Assembly: GCA_951406725.2 (NCBI GenBank)
Contig: OX597820.1
Location: 84,754,001-84,818,000, forward strand
Reading direction: 5' to 3'
Origin: Octopus vulgaris
Lineage: Eukaryota
Length of the DNA stretch: 64,000 nt
Made by a program: the position numbers and the translations under genes. Of the stretch, positions 1 through 14,341 are shown one piece after another. The notes beneath the pieces are model-generated. The model saw only the letters and a list, made by a program, of their open reading frames with translations. It was not told where the DNA came from and searched no databases. Each line of letters opens with the position of its first letter. Positions within the stretch are counted from its first letter, which is position 1.

Positions 1-309
1 ATTGTGCTGTGAAGAACTTTAAGAATTGTGAGAACTGTTATATAGGGGAGTGTTTTGCCTCCGAAGTTTGAACAATTTTTACCAATTTTACACCAATTTT
101 TGTGGAAGTTGTGTTCCATTTGCGGCGTTCCGGGTTCAATTTAGGCCGGGAGTACCGAATGGCCAGAAGGTTTTTGCTGTGTTATTGACTTTCTTTTTAA
201 CTTTATTTGACTTTCTCCTTTTTGTTCATTGTGACTTTCTTCTGATTTCTTTTTCTTCTCGCTTTTTAAGTTTTATTTTGAATATATTTAAAAAAAAGAA
301 AAAAAAAAC

Positions 310-1587
310 ATGGCAAGGAAAAATGACAAAATTTTGGAATGGGAGATCATACCGCCTAAAAAGTGGTTAAAAGACCGTGAAGATAGGACGGTGGTGTTGA
401 GAACCTACTCCAAGGCACTCGACACCATCGCCCTGTTCGAAAAGACGGCAATTGAAAAGGAGTTGGCAGAGTATTTGCCAACAATTAAATTCATTTCCAG
501 GGGTGTCAAATATGCAACGGTGTGGTTGCTATTTGACACCCCTGAAGAGGCTTGCAAATTTGCTAGTAAACCTTTGGCGAGTAAGGAAATTTTATTCCTG
601 CCCACGTACCAAAAAAAGAGACTGACGAAAGCTTGGATTTGCGGGCTGCCACTCGGGATAGAACCCGAGTGGATACAGGAGACTATCCGCCGGGGTTTGG
701 GTAGCAGCGAAACTAAGCTCCTTAATGTGAAATTTCTTCCTGCGCTGCTTGGGTTGGGTCAAAAGCAATTTTGACCCTTTGGACCCAATCAGCCAATCTG
801 GTTCTTCCAGATTTTTTGAAAATGACCGGGTGCAGGTACCCGGTGATGCTTGAGGGTCGCCCCCCTAAGTGTCATCGGTGCTTGGAGTCCGGCCATATAA
901 AGAAGATCTGTCCCCGGGAACAAAATAGGATCCCGGAACAGTTAAGTGAAACCCCTGTAGAAGAGGGAAAGATAACGGCCGAGGAAGCAGAGGACTCCTC
1001 AAACAGAGGCCGAAAGAGGAAGGTGAGCAACAATGGGTGCTCACCAAAGGACACTAGGGATGAGGAGGGAAAGGCGAATCTTCCGGCCACGGAGGAGACG
1101 CACCCTCCCTCAGTTGAAAAGAAAAAAAAAGAAAAAGAGGAAGAGAAACGGGACATTACTGGCTGTCGGTGACATAGCACCGGAATGTCCCGGAACTACG
1201 TCGGTTGGGGTTGTGCCACCGACAGGAGAATAAATACCGTTGGCGGGAACTGTGCCGCCAACGAAAGAATTGAGTATCCCGCACCCGAGCAAAAACGAGG
1301 TATTGATCCTCTTCCATAGAGGCGGAGAGATTGAAAAGGTGAAGGAAAAGCACCACAAGGGAGCACCTTTAGCCTTCACACAGGACCCCAAATGGCCTCC
1401 GCAGGTAGCTGTGGAGGCCGTGGCGTTCGACGTGACGCTTGGGCTGAAGGAGCTCAATGAGGATTATAGCTTGGTCCCGGGTGACGCTAACTCGGAACTC
1501 GATTACGTTCTGAGGGAGGCATGGTGGATGGTGGAGGATGCGGGCACAAGTTATTTCGAGGACGAGTCAAATTGTGATACGACTTGA
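310..1587 (+). pseudogene. Disrupted ORF1 (gag-like, CCHC zinc knuckle) of an L1/Tx1-like non-LTR retroelement
   Basis: ORFs 310-774, 771-1172, 1033-1233 and 1240-1587 join into one ~425-codon frame via two compensating frameshifts and one TAA (1231-1233). The product contains PVMLEGRPPKCHRCLESGHIKKICP (CX2CX4HX4C), followed by a K/E-rich tail. It is GC-richer than the flanks and has a T-rich leader. Confidence 0.7.
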
Positions 1588-1932
1588 GGGGCCCCGACCT
1601 AGAGCTGGCGCATTCCTAAGGGAAGTGTAAGCCAGGTCTGGGAGGAGGGTATTTGTGTATTGTATTTATATATGTAATTATTGAACTACGTTGTTATTAG
1701 TAATGGACTACTAAGACCAAAAATTGAAAAAATTGTAAGAGGTTTAATACCTCGTTTTGTGTTTGTTTTTAAAAGAACAATGTTTTAGAGAAGTAGAAGT
1801 CGGCGGACGCTTTTTGTCTTCTCCCATCCCCATCATATTTCTTTCATTATCATACACTTCATTAATGTCCTCGTCCAGCCCGCAAAGCTAACTTACTCTA
1901 TGTACTGCCTTTATGGCAAATGTTATGAAATA

Positions 1933-2075
1933 AAGTAGCTTGTCTACCAACCACATGGTTCCGAGTTCAGTCTCACTGCGTGGCACCTTGGGCAAGTGTC
2001 TTCTACTATAGCCCCAGGCCGACCAAAGCCTTGTGAGTGGATTTGGTAGACGGAAACTGAAAGAAGCCCGTCGTA

Positions 2076-2145
<70 letters not shown>

Positions 2146-2351
2146 TGTGTGTGTTTGTCCCCTAGCATTGCTTGACAACCGATGCTGGTGTGTTTAATGT
2201 CCCCGTTACTTAGCGGTTCGGCAAACGAGACTGATAGAATAAGTACTGGGCTTACAAAAGAATAAGTCCCGGGGTCGAGTTGCTCGATTAAAGGCGGTGC
2301 TCCAGCATGGCCGCAGTCAAATGACTGAAACAAGTAAAAGAGTAAAAGAGT
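1933..2351 (+). mobile_element. tRNA-derived SINE (family A, CORE-like) with internal (TA)n/(TG)n
   Basis: B-box-like GGTTCCGAGTTCAGTC, CORE-like CCTTGGGCAAGT, central microsatellite and a 3' (GTAAAAGA) repeat tail. Homologous copies occur elsewhere in the window. Confidence 0.8.
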
Positions 2352-2931
2352 ACTAATTAATATTTATCCAAATAACTTGCCCGTAAATTGATTACATTTA
2401 TATACTTACTGCTACATTATTAACACGAACCAAGTCCTGCCATCAATATAATTGATGTTAGTTAAATTTAAAAACCAAAGGACAAGCTCCTAAGTCTGTT
2501 ATAGGTGTAGATGTAAATAATGAAGTGCGTAAAATTAAGGGGTAGCATACGTTATAAATGGGCCAAGTCCGCTTATGATATTATACTTAAACCAACTAAA
2601 GGTGTAAACAAGCACCGTGCCACAGAAGGTGCTACAGTTAAGGGGAGAGTACCATTACGGGGAGGTAAAGACTAGGTCATTTACTTTCAATTATATAATT
2701 ATAATACTAAATCTATCTTTTCAAATAGACACCACAGTGCCCAAGTGGTGGTCTTACAAGACAAACTGCATTTGTCTAAACATTCTTAAATACATTCAGC
2801 CGAGTGGACCTATGGGAAAGCATAAACATAAAACCCCAAATTAATTAAATGATTACAATTAAGTCACTTACTAATTACTACTATTGTTACAAAACATGGT
2901 CCTACTACAGTTTGCTAAATCATACTTAATA

Positions 2932-2973
<42 letters not shown>

Positions 2974-3599
2974 GATTGGTAGTAGTAGTAGTAGTAGTAG
3001 TAGTAGTATTTTTGTTGCTGTTGTTGTTAATATTACTAAACTAGTCGTTATATCAACCCTTGCTTGAGTGCATCCATGCGGGGCCTCTCACAAAATTGTA
3101 CTTGCATTCTTACAAAATATGCTTAAGGGCAATAACAATTCATAGAAGACCGCCTATTGTAATACCAAGTATAAGCAAATACAATATAAAGAGGTGTGCA
3201 GTTAATATTAAGTTGTTAAAATATGTTAAACGGGGGTGGCGTTCTTAAATAAGTAAATCTAATATAGTCAAAAATAACTGGAAGTAGACCAACATGCCGC
3301 CTGAAAGTTGGGCCCAGAATGAAATTAAGTTAACTTAAACAAACTAATCCATGGTGTAGAATGTAAAATTAAAGTAAAATTAGTTGCAAATAAAGCCATT
3401 GCTGAGATGGCAGGTACAAGATCTCATGGACAGGGGTTACTTAACTGTAATTCAAATTATAATTATAGCTGAAAGAATTGCCATTAAAGTGGTGAGGAGG
3501 TTACATTATTGAGAGGTAGATTAATAATTATATTATGTATTTAGATATTATGTGTGAGAGGTGGAATTTCAAATCGAATATGTTGACAAATACATATTA

Positions 3600-4755
3600 C
3601 TCCTAGGTGTGTAATACAATTAACCTAGCTTTAATTTGGAAGTTAATATATGCCCTCATTTAGAATCGAAGACTACTGTTTCTTTGTTGAAGAGCTTTGG
3701 GTGCTATTTGTGGGATGGTGCAAAGGGTCTCTACTGATCTTTATATTCAGCGAAGGTAAAATTACCCTTGTACAGATCGGTTGTGTTTCTCTCTTCCCTC
3801 ATGTTAAACAATCTGTGCTGTGCCGCTAGAATGATTTATTTTCTTTGATGCATAGATAGATTTTCTTATTTCTTAAAGTGTACGACGGTGCGGAGGTGAG
3901 GAATTTCCGTTCTAAAACGAATCTAATACCTCCATCTTTAAGCGCCCAAAATATATTTACTTAATCCGGTCGAGTTAGTCTTATTTCTGTTTCTGAAAGT
4001 GTGTTGATGTGAGGCAAGTCTTCGTTTCATTTCATTTGGGGTAAGTCCTATTTATATCGTTTTAATAGCCCATGTTGTGAGAGTGCATTGGAAATTTACA
4101 TCTTCAATTTTATAACTATTTCTTTCTTTCTACAATCACATAGGTGGTACTGTGGAGGAGAATTACTTGCTAGTGGATCGGTGCTAGATTTATTATGGTC
4201 GATAGTTTTATTATGTTTCTGGGTGTTATCGTTATAAAATTCGGGTTCCTTATGGATTTTTATTACTTTTATTCTTACTATTACAGCTATTGTTGTTATT
4301 ATTACTTCTGTCTAAATAGAAAATACATTTTTTTTTATTATTTAGGGAGGAAATTATGCTAGCTATGTAATGCGTGAGACTACAACCTATCTTTATTACT
4401 CTACTATTAATAATATTCGAATACCTGCTATTCTTAACGAAGTATTTATTTATAATGTTGCATATCAGTTTAGCTTAGTTCTTTTTTGCATTGTATGTGG
4501 GGGTATAAGCCAATTAATGTATCTTGTTTTTTCGGTTATCTTGTCGAACGACACAAATTTATTGCTCTTAGTGTGATGCCTGCTGGTATATATTTTTATT
4601 AGTATTAATCATATTATCAAAGTTATACGAGTAAATACCACCATTAGCATTACTAGGACTTGGTTTGTGCATATAATGTTTTCAGTTATTGCTGTTGTCA
4701 TCGTGATTAGTGAATTTATTGGCATTGTTAAAGCCTCACGTATAAGTTGTATTTC

Positions 4756-4820
<65 letters not shown>

Positions 4821-5430
4821 TTGGTGTTGCAAGGAACTGTGCTTTATTAATTAATTTAGTTGTATTTCTATGTTCTGTATTAATGCTATTAATGTTGTAC
4901 CTACTGAATGTATTCTTGTGTGGGATATACTTGTATTTGCCTCTGTAAGCTGCATCTTTAAGTAACTTATCGTACATATCGTTATGGTTATTGAATAAGT
5001 CCTCTTCACAAGAGAGATAAGAAATTATTTTACTAATGCTTTTTATAAGAGCTTTTTCATAGATTGTGGATGATTACGTTGATAGTTTATATATTTTAAG
5101 TTAGAGTTAGGTTTCATGTAGGTAGTTGATAGAATAGTTTTCATTTCCTACAGTAATAGAAAGGCCGAATCTGTTGAAAAATTAGCAGAGTCATTTGTTA
5201 ATTAGTTCTAGGCGTCTATTAGAGGTGTTTCTATTATAAAAAGTGCGTGGTCCCTGTAGAGCTCCACCCTACGAATTCTGGGATTTTTTTTAATGTTTTC
5301 CACAAGTCCGGTTACCTCTGCTGAGTCTGGAGATCCCGTTGTTATATCAAAGAAATCAGGGTTGTCTTTTCTTGCCCACAATTTATTAATAAATTCAATA
5401 ATAGACTTACGTCTATGTTTACTAAATTGC
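3600..5430 (-). mobile_element. Degenerate Penelope-like element (RT + GIY-YIG endonuclease)
   Basis: Minus-strand remnants WARKDNPDFFDITTGSPDSAEVTGLV (cf. PLE FDVTMGSxDGAEVCELVG), LYRDHAL, YDKLLKDAAYRGKYKY and KFLTSAPSYTLRNKKIYLCIKEK. Interrupted by stops and an (ATT)n tract. Confidence 0.75.
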
Positions 5431-5799
5431 GGAAGCCCGTTTTGGGGGGATAAATCAGTGTAACATGTGTGTCAGTTATATAATTGTCCTTATGGACCTT
5501 CATTCTGATACGATGTCTAATCGCTGTAATAGGTTCCGTTTAATAATGTATATTATACTCAGATATAAATACCTTCGAGTCTATGTTAGTTGTTTTAAGA
5601 GTGTTTCTAAGGTCTAATTTATATTTTTTAACGATTTCTCTGTGGTTTAGTCCGTGGTACGTGTTTCTGCTGATGTTGCAGGAGTTTCTAGCTTTATCCG
5701 AGTGTACTATTATTCCATTTCTATACTTTTGCTCAAGAATCAAGTTCTTCAGCTTCCTCTGGTGTTCATTGTGCCTAAAGAGATTATTTTAAAACTTTG

Positions 5800-5848
<49 letters not shown>

Positions 5849-6338
5849 CATATATATGTATATGTACATATACACATGTATATATATAAAGAGAAAGAGA
5901 GAGAGATAAATATATAGATAAAGATATCTCTTTCTTAATCTGTGTGTTTTTTATATACGTAAAAACATGGATTTTAGGTTAAATGCATTTCCTGTTGAAG
6001 CATTTATATCGCAACAATCCAATATATCTCTACGTTGATCACCGCTGGGACTCTTATTTTGCAACGTCCTATCTACTGGATACGTAATTTTTTTTTAGAA
6101 TTGTTACACCACTATATTTTTTCTTGCAATTCTAATTTTTAACTTGTTGATGAGATTTTCTTTGTTGCTCTTATACTCGTATGTTTTCATATTTGCTTTT
6201 TGCTTTTTATCATATTCGAATTTAGGTAATTAAATAATCACCCGAAAGCAAAGAATATATCATCTAAATATTACAGTTAAAAAAAATTTTATATTCTCTT
6301 TAAATATATTTAAGATATATGTATATATATTTATATAC

Positions 6339-6442
<104 letters not shown>

Positions 6443-9164
6443 ACATGCATACAGTCAATTCAGTAATAAACAGAAATATTAATGCAACACTGACAATCTT
6501 TTTCTGACAATGAAATTTTATAAACAGGAGGAACTTATAAAATTTTATGGCATTTATGTTGGATATTTTATTAACACTTTGTTTAAGTATTGAGAAGGCA
6601 AAGGAAATAATACATTTCGTGTCAAAGCATTACGTGTTAATAATTTTATTCCCTCTACGAGCATCAAACACGTTTTAGAGAAATTATGTCTTCGGAATTA
6701 GAGATGATTTAAGTAGTAAGAAATAAAACAGGAAAATAACTGAGCTACATAGAAATATCGTTAATTTAATTTCATTTTAAATATGTTATTTTCTGTTGTA
6801 ATGAAATCCAAACTAAATTCAGGTGTTCTCAATCAATTGCAGTTAATGTAACCGTAAAAATCAAATCATAAGAAGTGTTCAGCAATTTGATAAAATGTTA
6901 AGAGTATATTCTCGTTTGAGTAGCAAAAATTACAGATAAAATTATGGAATAATACATATTACTCGTGTAATACCTGCCTAAAGAAACATTGTTTTCTTGT
7001 TTTTATTGTATTAAGTTATTTTTCTTAACAGCATGGCATATAGTATGTTCATGTCTATTTTTAGTTTACGTGTGTATGTCAAGCTATGTTTAAAGGAGTT
7101 ATAGCAATGTGAAAATCATAACATTTACAATATTTTTGCACATAAAATTTATTTAAATTTTCAATGAATAATTCTAAGAAAAATCAGTGGCAATCGCATT
7201 ATTAAATATACATTTATTCAATGCTACAATTTGCCTTCAATGTGAGGAATGTTTTCAAGTGATTTCAAATGTAGCCTACATTGAATATCATTGAAGATAA
7301 TACCGTAAACTGATTCAACATTATAGATAAAACTGAATATGAAATATTTTGTCGAAATATTTTTTGTCTCCAAAATATTCATTTTAAAGGATAAGAAAGA
7401 ATCTGTTTGTTTGATCAAAAATCTGTTTTGTGAAGAAAAGAAAGTTTTAACTTAGAAACCACACACTTCACTAGCGGCACTTTAAAACTGTGCGTCATTG
7501 AACGCGACATAACATTGATTATTTTTGCAAACAGATCATTTTTATCTTTTCAATTTATTACCATTGGGCATATTGATGACGGAATGTGCAATCGACTATA
7601 CAACGAATCGCATTCTTGCACTTTAATTCAAATCAACATTTTCCATACCTTTGGTTTTAATTACGCCACGTCAAAAGAATTATTTTTCTTCAAATCATGT
7701 GTGCGTAGATCTGTTCATAAATACTTTCATATACAATTTTAAAGGAACTAATCGAGAATGAAGTTTCGAATTAAAGAGAAATTGTTGAACAGCACATACA
7801 CGTAAATGACAAATATCAGATTTTGCTATCAAGCAATATAAAATCAGGAAATATATCATGCATTATATTTATGAGGAATTGTGAGATTTAAATAGAATCC
7901 CTTTGTCTGTGGTTTAAACACTATCTCTAAGTAAACAACCCATAATCGTTTGTGTCCTTTAGTGACCATTGTTAACATTTGTGATAACTTTCATGAAGCG
8001 TTAAAAGTCAAGGATTACAAAGGTAATCTCTAATTAGAGAAAAATTAATTTCCTTAATTATTTCCGCGGTGAGTATTTTCATATAACGTATTTTCTTGTA
8101 TTACAGTCAATATTTGAAACATTAGCTATGAAATATATGAATGAAAAACTAAGTAGTGTTTTACCAGATTGAAACATCCTTTTCCAAGGCACTTTGGACT
8201 ATAGTTCAGTATATCATAGTACGTTATTAAAGAAAAAAAAAGAAAATAAAATACGTGAATTCTACAAAATCTGAAATCCTTTCAGCGTTTCTTATGATCT
8301 GATCTACACACACGATACATTTTTAAAATTTCCCTTGACTTCTTAGGTCACATTTTTATATGTAGAAATCAGGTTAACGGATAACTTTCCACTGAACTTG
8401 CAATGTACGAGATACTGAACAGGAAATGCCAGTTGCTTGTAGTAGAGGTTTTCATGTATGGCAAGAATCCTAGGCTTGTGGCCGTCCCTATATGGTAGTT
8501 CCACTGACAAATATAATTTTTAACTCTTGAAAACATATAAAGTCAGAAATTTATGCGTATTAAAGTCAAATAACCAAAGTGGGTTTCAAGTGAAAATTAA
8601 TGAGGGACCAAAACTCGATAACGCGTGACAAACATTTTTTCAGAGATTTGTCAAGTTTGTGAAATTTCATTTTCGATACTCAAGATACTATTTTAATTTG
8701 TAAAGTTGAACACCATATTTCTGTACTTCCGAATAAGGAATGACGTGCTATGTATGTGCCGCTATGACATTAGATTGCGCAATATTAACCAGAGAGAATT
8801 TAGAACGCATGTGAGTGTGTATGGTCTGAGTGTGTGTATTGCGAATGTGTGTGTGCGAGACGGAGAGAGAGAGAGAAAGAGAGAGATAGTGAAAGTATTT
8901 CTACCTACATCATTTTGCTTATTGTTTAGAAAATATTGATATATACATAAACATTCTATGAAACAGGAGATAAACATTTGAAGTAATATGTATACGTTCT
9001 AATTCTGTGAGTGTTTTTATGGTTACTTATTTAATTACAGGCTTCCGTAAATTTCAGTCTTTAGCGCTAAAATTTGTTCAGGTGTGCATGTGTTAGGAAT
9101 CGTTACGTCATTAATGAACCATGCCCTTCAAATCATTCCCTGGTCTGCCCTTATCTCTTATCTT

Positions 9165-9379
9165 TTACATGGTTTAATCATTAAACCACCAGGAAGAGTT
9201 TCAGTCAAACAAATCGACGGCAAGAGTTATCTTTTTAAAGCCTGGTATTTATTCCATCGATGGGTTTGCCAAACCGCTAAGTTACTCGGACGTAAACAAG
9301 CCAACGCCGGCTGTGAGAGACAAACACAGGCAACAATACACACACACATAAATATAGGCATTTATATATATATATATAT

Positions 9380-9410
<31 letters not shown>

Positions 9411-9510
9411 CGGCAGCCTTCTTTTCTTTCCCATCAAACAAATTCACTTACTAGGCTTTGGTTGGCTCGAGGCCATTGCAAAGGACACCTCACCAAGGTG
9501 CCACTCAGTA
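9165..9510 (-). mobile_element. SINE family A, diverged copy
   Basis: Reverse-complement similarity to 1933-2351 (AACCGCTAAGTTAC, CAAATTCACTTACTAGGCTTTGGTTGG, CCAAGGTGCCAC) with central TA tract. Confidence 0.7.
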
Positions 9511-10123
9511 TTTTAATATCTTTTCGTTTTCTTTTTTTGCAATATTTTATCGAATAATGACAGTAAAAGGGTCGGCTGAAAAATTCTTTGACTAACCAAG
9601 ATACTTTCTTGGAATGAGACAAAATTATGTGTTTTCAACACAGTCCCGCTAGCGGCCATAATTGTTTCCACCGGTGCTTGGATCCTATAGGTCAGGAAGC
9701 TTTCAACATGTTCGTCAATAGAAGATGTGATGTCATCAACATTATGATACTGGTTTCCAGAGGACTGTTTTTTTTCCTTTTCAGAAACAAATTATACTTT
9801 GAAGCGTGCGAAATCAGGGGAAATAGTTATATATTACATTAAGTAGCTTTAAATTTTCATTTCAACTGTTGTTATACTGCTTACGGGATTTCTATCGCAT
9901 TATAGCAACTGGCAGATATTTGGTGCCCTCTATACAGAAAACAGGGTTTTGAAAACGTAATGGAAATTCCAATATTTATTTAACATGGTTGCTATTGCGA
10001 ATATGATAAATTTAAATATATTCAAGTCTATAAGTTTGTGCATAAACATTATGCATACCTTCTACTTCATGACATATCCCCACATGTTTCTTTTATTATT
10101 TTTTTATGTTTATATTTGAATAA

Positions 10124-11020
10124 AATGGGCGACCTATCTGAGTTCCTAAAAGGACAAATTCTTGGAACGAGGATGATTGGAGCATCGATCATTAAAACTG
10201 TGAAATTGTTTTGTGTGTCGAGATGTCCGATGTCTTCAGATACTTTGGCATTGTAAAACGAAGGTAGAACCTGTTGTGAGTAGCTTAAATCGAGACGTAA
10301 GTTGTAATTTAAAGAGGCAGGGACCGTAAAATAGCGAATATAGCGAATGATACTGTGTCTCAAAGCCACGAAGCTTCAGCAGCATAAAAGAGAGCAGAGC
10401 TAAACAACCACTTTGCCAACCCTGTTGCAGGCACAACTCTTCGTCGAGTGGGTTCACAGTACAGAATGTTAACATGTGATAGCTGTAATTACTAAATATC
10501 TCGTCTCACATTAATATTGAGAACTGCGAAACAGGGTGTAGTCTATCAGTAGAGTTGAATGACCGAGGAAGACAATCTCATCTTCTATGAATGAATGATC
10601 CTTATCCGTTTTCCGACTTCGGAGCAAGTTTAAGTCTGATAACAGCTCAAAAAACCTCCAGTTCTGCCATTTTGGACCATTCTCTAGAAACTGGAGGTGG
10701 CACAAAAGTGATTTGGAGAACCATATCACTTGAAATCCCCTGGATCTTTAGTTGTTCTACATAAGAAAGGTAACGCCTCAGATTATCTGAGTATTTTGGA
10801 TGATGATGCTCTTCCTATGTTGCAAACTTCGTTCCCTGTTGTTAGCACAATTTCAATTTACAGGACAAAAACTCACTGATTAACATGGGTAACATTATTC
10901 AGAAATTGTACAAAGATCACAGAAGTGAAGTAGACAACATCGATTGTCATCTACAAGAGTTTCCAGATCTGAATATAATCCAAAAATTATTGGAAATTCC
11001 AGAGCAAATGAGGAGCTAAG
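10124..11020 (+). mobile_element. Degenerate Tc1-family transposase
   Basis: N-terminal MGDLSEFLKGQILGTRMIGASIIKTVKLFCVSR (HTH-like) and C-terminal PDLNII..LW remnant near 10965-10995. Many stops. Confidence 0.7.
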
Positions 11021-11319
11021 TCCACCTAACGTTATTTATATACGGCAATTGTGTTGACAGAAGCAGGTTGTACTTGAACAATAGCATATAAATGTAATTT
11101 CATTTAAACAAATTGTTTATGTTATTTTGTTCATCCATCAAATCGTTAGCACACCAGACAAAATACTTAGTAAGATTCTTTCAGCTCTTTAAGTTCAAAT
11201 GCCGATATAATCGACATTGTCTTTCGTCGTTTTTGGTTTGAGCCCTAGGGTAGATGCTGCTGACTAGTCTGCTACCTGAAAGATTTCTCAAAGTGGAAAT
11301 AATTATATTTAAAAGAAGG

Positions 11320-11460
11320 TGAGCTGGCAGAATCGTTAGTTCACCGAGGAAAATGCATAGCATCGTTTCGTCCTTCTTTACTATCTGAGTGCAAATTCTC
11401 CCGAGTTCGACCTTGTCATTCATCATCCGGGTATCAATGAAATATGTATCATGTGAGGAC
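11320..11460 (+). mobile_element. Short SINE-like repeat (family C)
   Basis: GAGCTGGCAGAATCGTTAG...CTGAGTGCAAATTC...CGACCTTGTCATTCATC. Similar copies at ~11140, 28641, 38480, 42570 and 42885. Confidence 0.6.
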
Positions 11461-12950
11461 TGGCATCGATATAATCGATTAGGCATTTCCCAAAAATATC
11501 GGGCCATGCGCCTGTCGCATAAAGTACAGTTTAGTCCAGTCCTTATATATACTTCGGTTCTAATAGGAAGCCATATACTACTTCATTTGGTAGTCCCAGA
11601 TGTGGAGAGTTAAGAGCATAATATAGTGGGGTATCAGCATTAAGAATATGGGTAGGAGTTCGTACGGGTAAGGCCCCTTGTTCGGTTACTGAAATTTCCA
11701 AGGGTTATGTATCCCTAAATGTATTTATGCTGTTATGTGGAAACAATAACTATTCTATGCATTTTCAGGTTTAAAAGATTACTGATGGTTCATTGGATTT
11801 CAGTTGTAAATGCAAGACTAAATGTGAATTCTCACACACGTAAACCTTTCACATGGATGTTGAATCCACGATTTATAGCAATAAATATTGTATCTTTACC
11901 GTCCTGTTTCGATAACGGAGTTAACATTCCATAAACACATTTTACATACAATATTATTTATTTGGACTCCCTCAACTTTACCCGTTATCTTCCTTTCCTT
12001 TCCACTCTTCCTACTCCCGGCACTATTTAATTATTTGTTTATTCCTACCTCTTACCGGATTCTCATGCCACGTATTTCAGTAATAAAACAATATCATATT
12101 TACAGTTTGAACACGTCAGTACTTTCTTCTGTCAGCAATAGATGAATTAGGGCTGATTTGTTTGTCGATGGTAAGGATATTTAGGCTTAAGTTGGATCTG
12201 AAGTAGAATGTGGAGGATTTAGTGCAATTTAGTTTATGAGAGATATGAATATTGACCTTCTGTCAGTTGTGCATATATTTAATTTAAAGGTTATAAATTT
12301 TCGTCTGACGTAATATAACTTAAACAATCAGCATTATGGGAACGAAAGAGAATCTATTCCTATATACACTCTAGCATATATAAAATCAAATTCTCCACTA
12401 CAAATACGCAATTCTAATTATCTACAATTCTAATCTACTCCAATCATAAATCTCTACAACATCTTACAGAAATACGATTAAATTATTTAACTCCTAATTG
12501 AATCTTGTTTCCGCGCATCTTTAGGCAAAATCTTTCAAGGCTTGCCCATTACAAATATGGTTATGTCAGAGTACATTAACTTGTATGGCTCTTAAATAAG
12601 TTAGTCATTGGTTTGAGAGAAATGCATTCACTATTTCTATCAATTCCTACAAATACATGTAGTCAGTATACTTGCTTCCATAGTTGACTGAATATATTAG
12701 GTTACTCAGGCAAATTGCATTGAGTTAATGAGGAAATACTTCTACAATAATCATTTGTTGATGTTCAGTTTTCTCTAATTGAATGTCAAATAGCATTCAC
12801 ATTTTTATTAATTAGTACAAGTGCAGGCAGCAAGCATGCAGAATCACTTAGTACTCCAGCCAAAAACAAAAGTACTCCTGAAAACAAAAGACAAGTGAGG
12901 AAACAACGAGCAAGTGTTTTAGTTTGACGCTCCAGAAGAATGGAAAAGTC

Positions 12951-12984
12951 TTTGACGTTTCTCGCCTACACTCTTCGACAGAAA
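12951..12984 (-). ncRNA. Degenerate minimal HHR-like motif of PLE pLTR type
   Basis: Minus strand reads TTT-CTGTCGA-AGAGTGTAGGCGA-GAAA-CG-TC-AAA. One core change (A6->U) and a weak helix II. Confidence 0.4.
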
Positions 12985-14051
12985 AGATAAAAATGGGGAG
13001 GCAGAACGAACGAATGGAGATAATAAAAAATGTTTAAGGATTGAGGTAGTAAAAATGTTTAATGATCGTTTATTTAGCACTTACATCTTACGTTAGAGAA
13101 CCATCATGATAAATCTCTGAAGTGTGATGTAATATTACTTAATCTGGCCTCTCAGCCCTCTGTGCTGGTGTACTTACTTGTGATAGTCTTGTGGTTACAG
13201 TCGTTCTAAATATATTTCTTGTGTTACCGAGTAGACATAGTTGCTCCAATGATAGTGCGGTCTACAAATAATGATCACTGATTTCAAAAGAACTTTTATT
13301 GTAACATTACCTAGAAAAGGATTCTACAGTAACAGGCGAAGACTATATTGAAATCATGGCCAACAAGTCAAAATTAGCATTCTCATTTAAATGCCGAGGT
13401 CTCTTGTCAAATGAAGGTTATTGTTGCATAACAATGCACGTTCACATGCGAGGACCTATATCATTGAAACCGTTGAAAGCTTTAAAAAATGTTTTTCTTT
13501 AAGTCGGTAACCAGAGTAATTGTAATATTGCCATATGATTAGTCACCTGTTACATGCCAATACATTTTCTCTAAATTATGACTATTATGAATAACACGTA
13601 AATTGGAACTTTCTGAAATTACTGTCGAGTGAGAACATTAGATATTTCTGTCCCATTTTTCTGCATGTTAGTGCTTAATGTGAATATGAGCGAATACACA
13701 CACACATACACACAAACATACATGAATGTAAATCTGTAGTGCATAGTATGAATTCTGGCAAATCATAGAAAAGCTCATCTAATACGTCTAATGTTTATAC
13801 AATATAGTAATGTAATAGGGAGGAGTATAATGCAAAGTCCTGTGCAAATGCGATCCAGAAGATGCAGGCTATGTACTCATTTCATGAGGCGTGTATAAAG
13901 CAGAAAAATCAGCAGTTATGAGAGGTAAATATAGTCATATATCAATTGATGAAATATATTCGCCTCTCATAACTCCAGACATTTCATTTTCTATACATAT
14001 GATACATAAATATATATGGGTCTGTGTATAAGTGTGTGTGTGTGTGTGTGT

Positions 14052-14084
<33 letters not shown>

Positions 14085-14296
14085 GCATACAGACAGACAT
14101 ATGTGTACAGATTATGCAAAGATGGACAGGGCAAGTAAAGTGTCAACAGCAAGCTAGGTGAATGTAAGGTCAGTGGATTAACAAGGCGTTAGAAGAGAGG
14201 ATTGTGTGTGTTTGCGTGTGTATATTTACACACGCAAACACACACAATCCTATTTATACACACATACACACACACAAACACACACAATCCTATTTA

Positions 14297-14341
<45 letters not shown>

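Noticed and set aside
9520-9860. Possible mariner-end fragment
   Set aside because: Only vague resemblance; no TIR pair or transposase motif could be confirmed.
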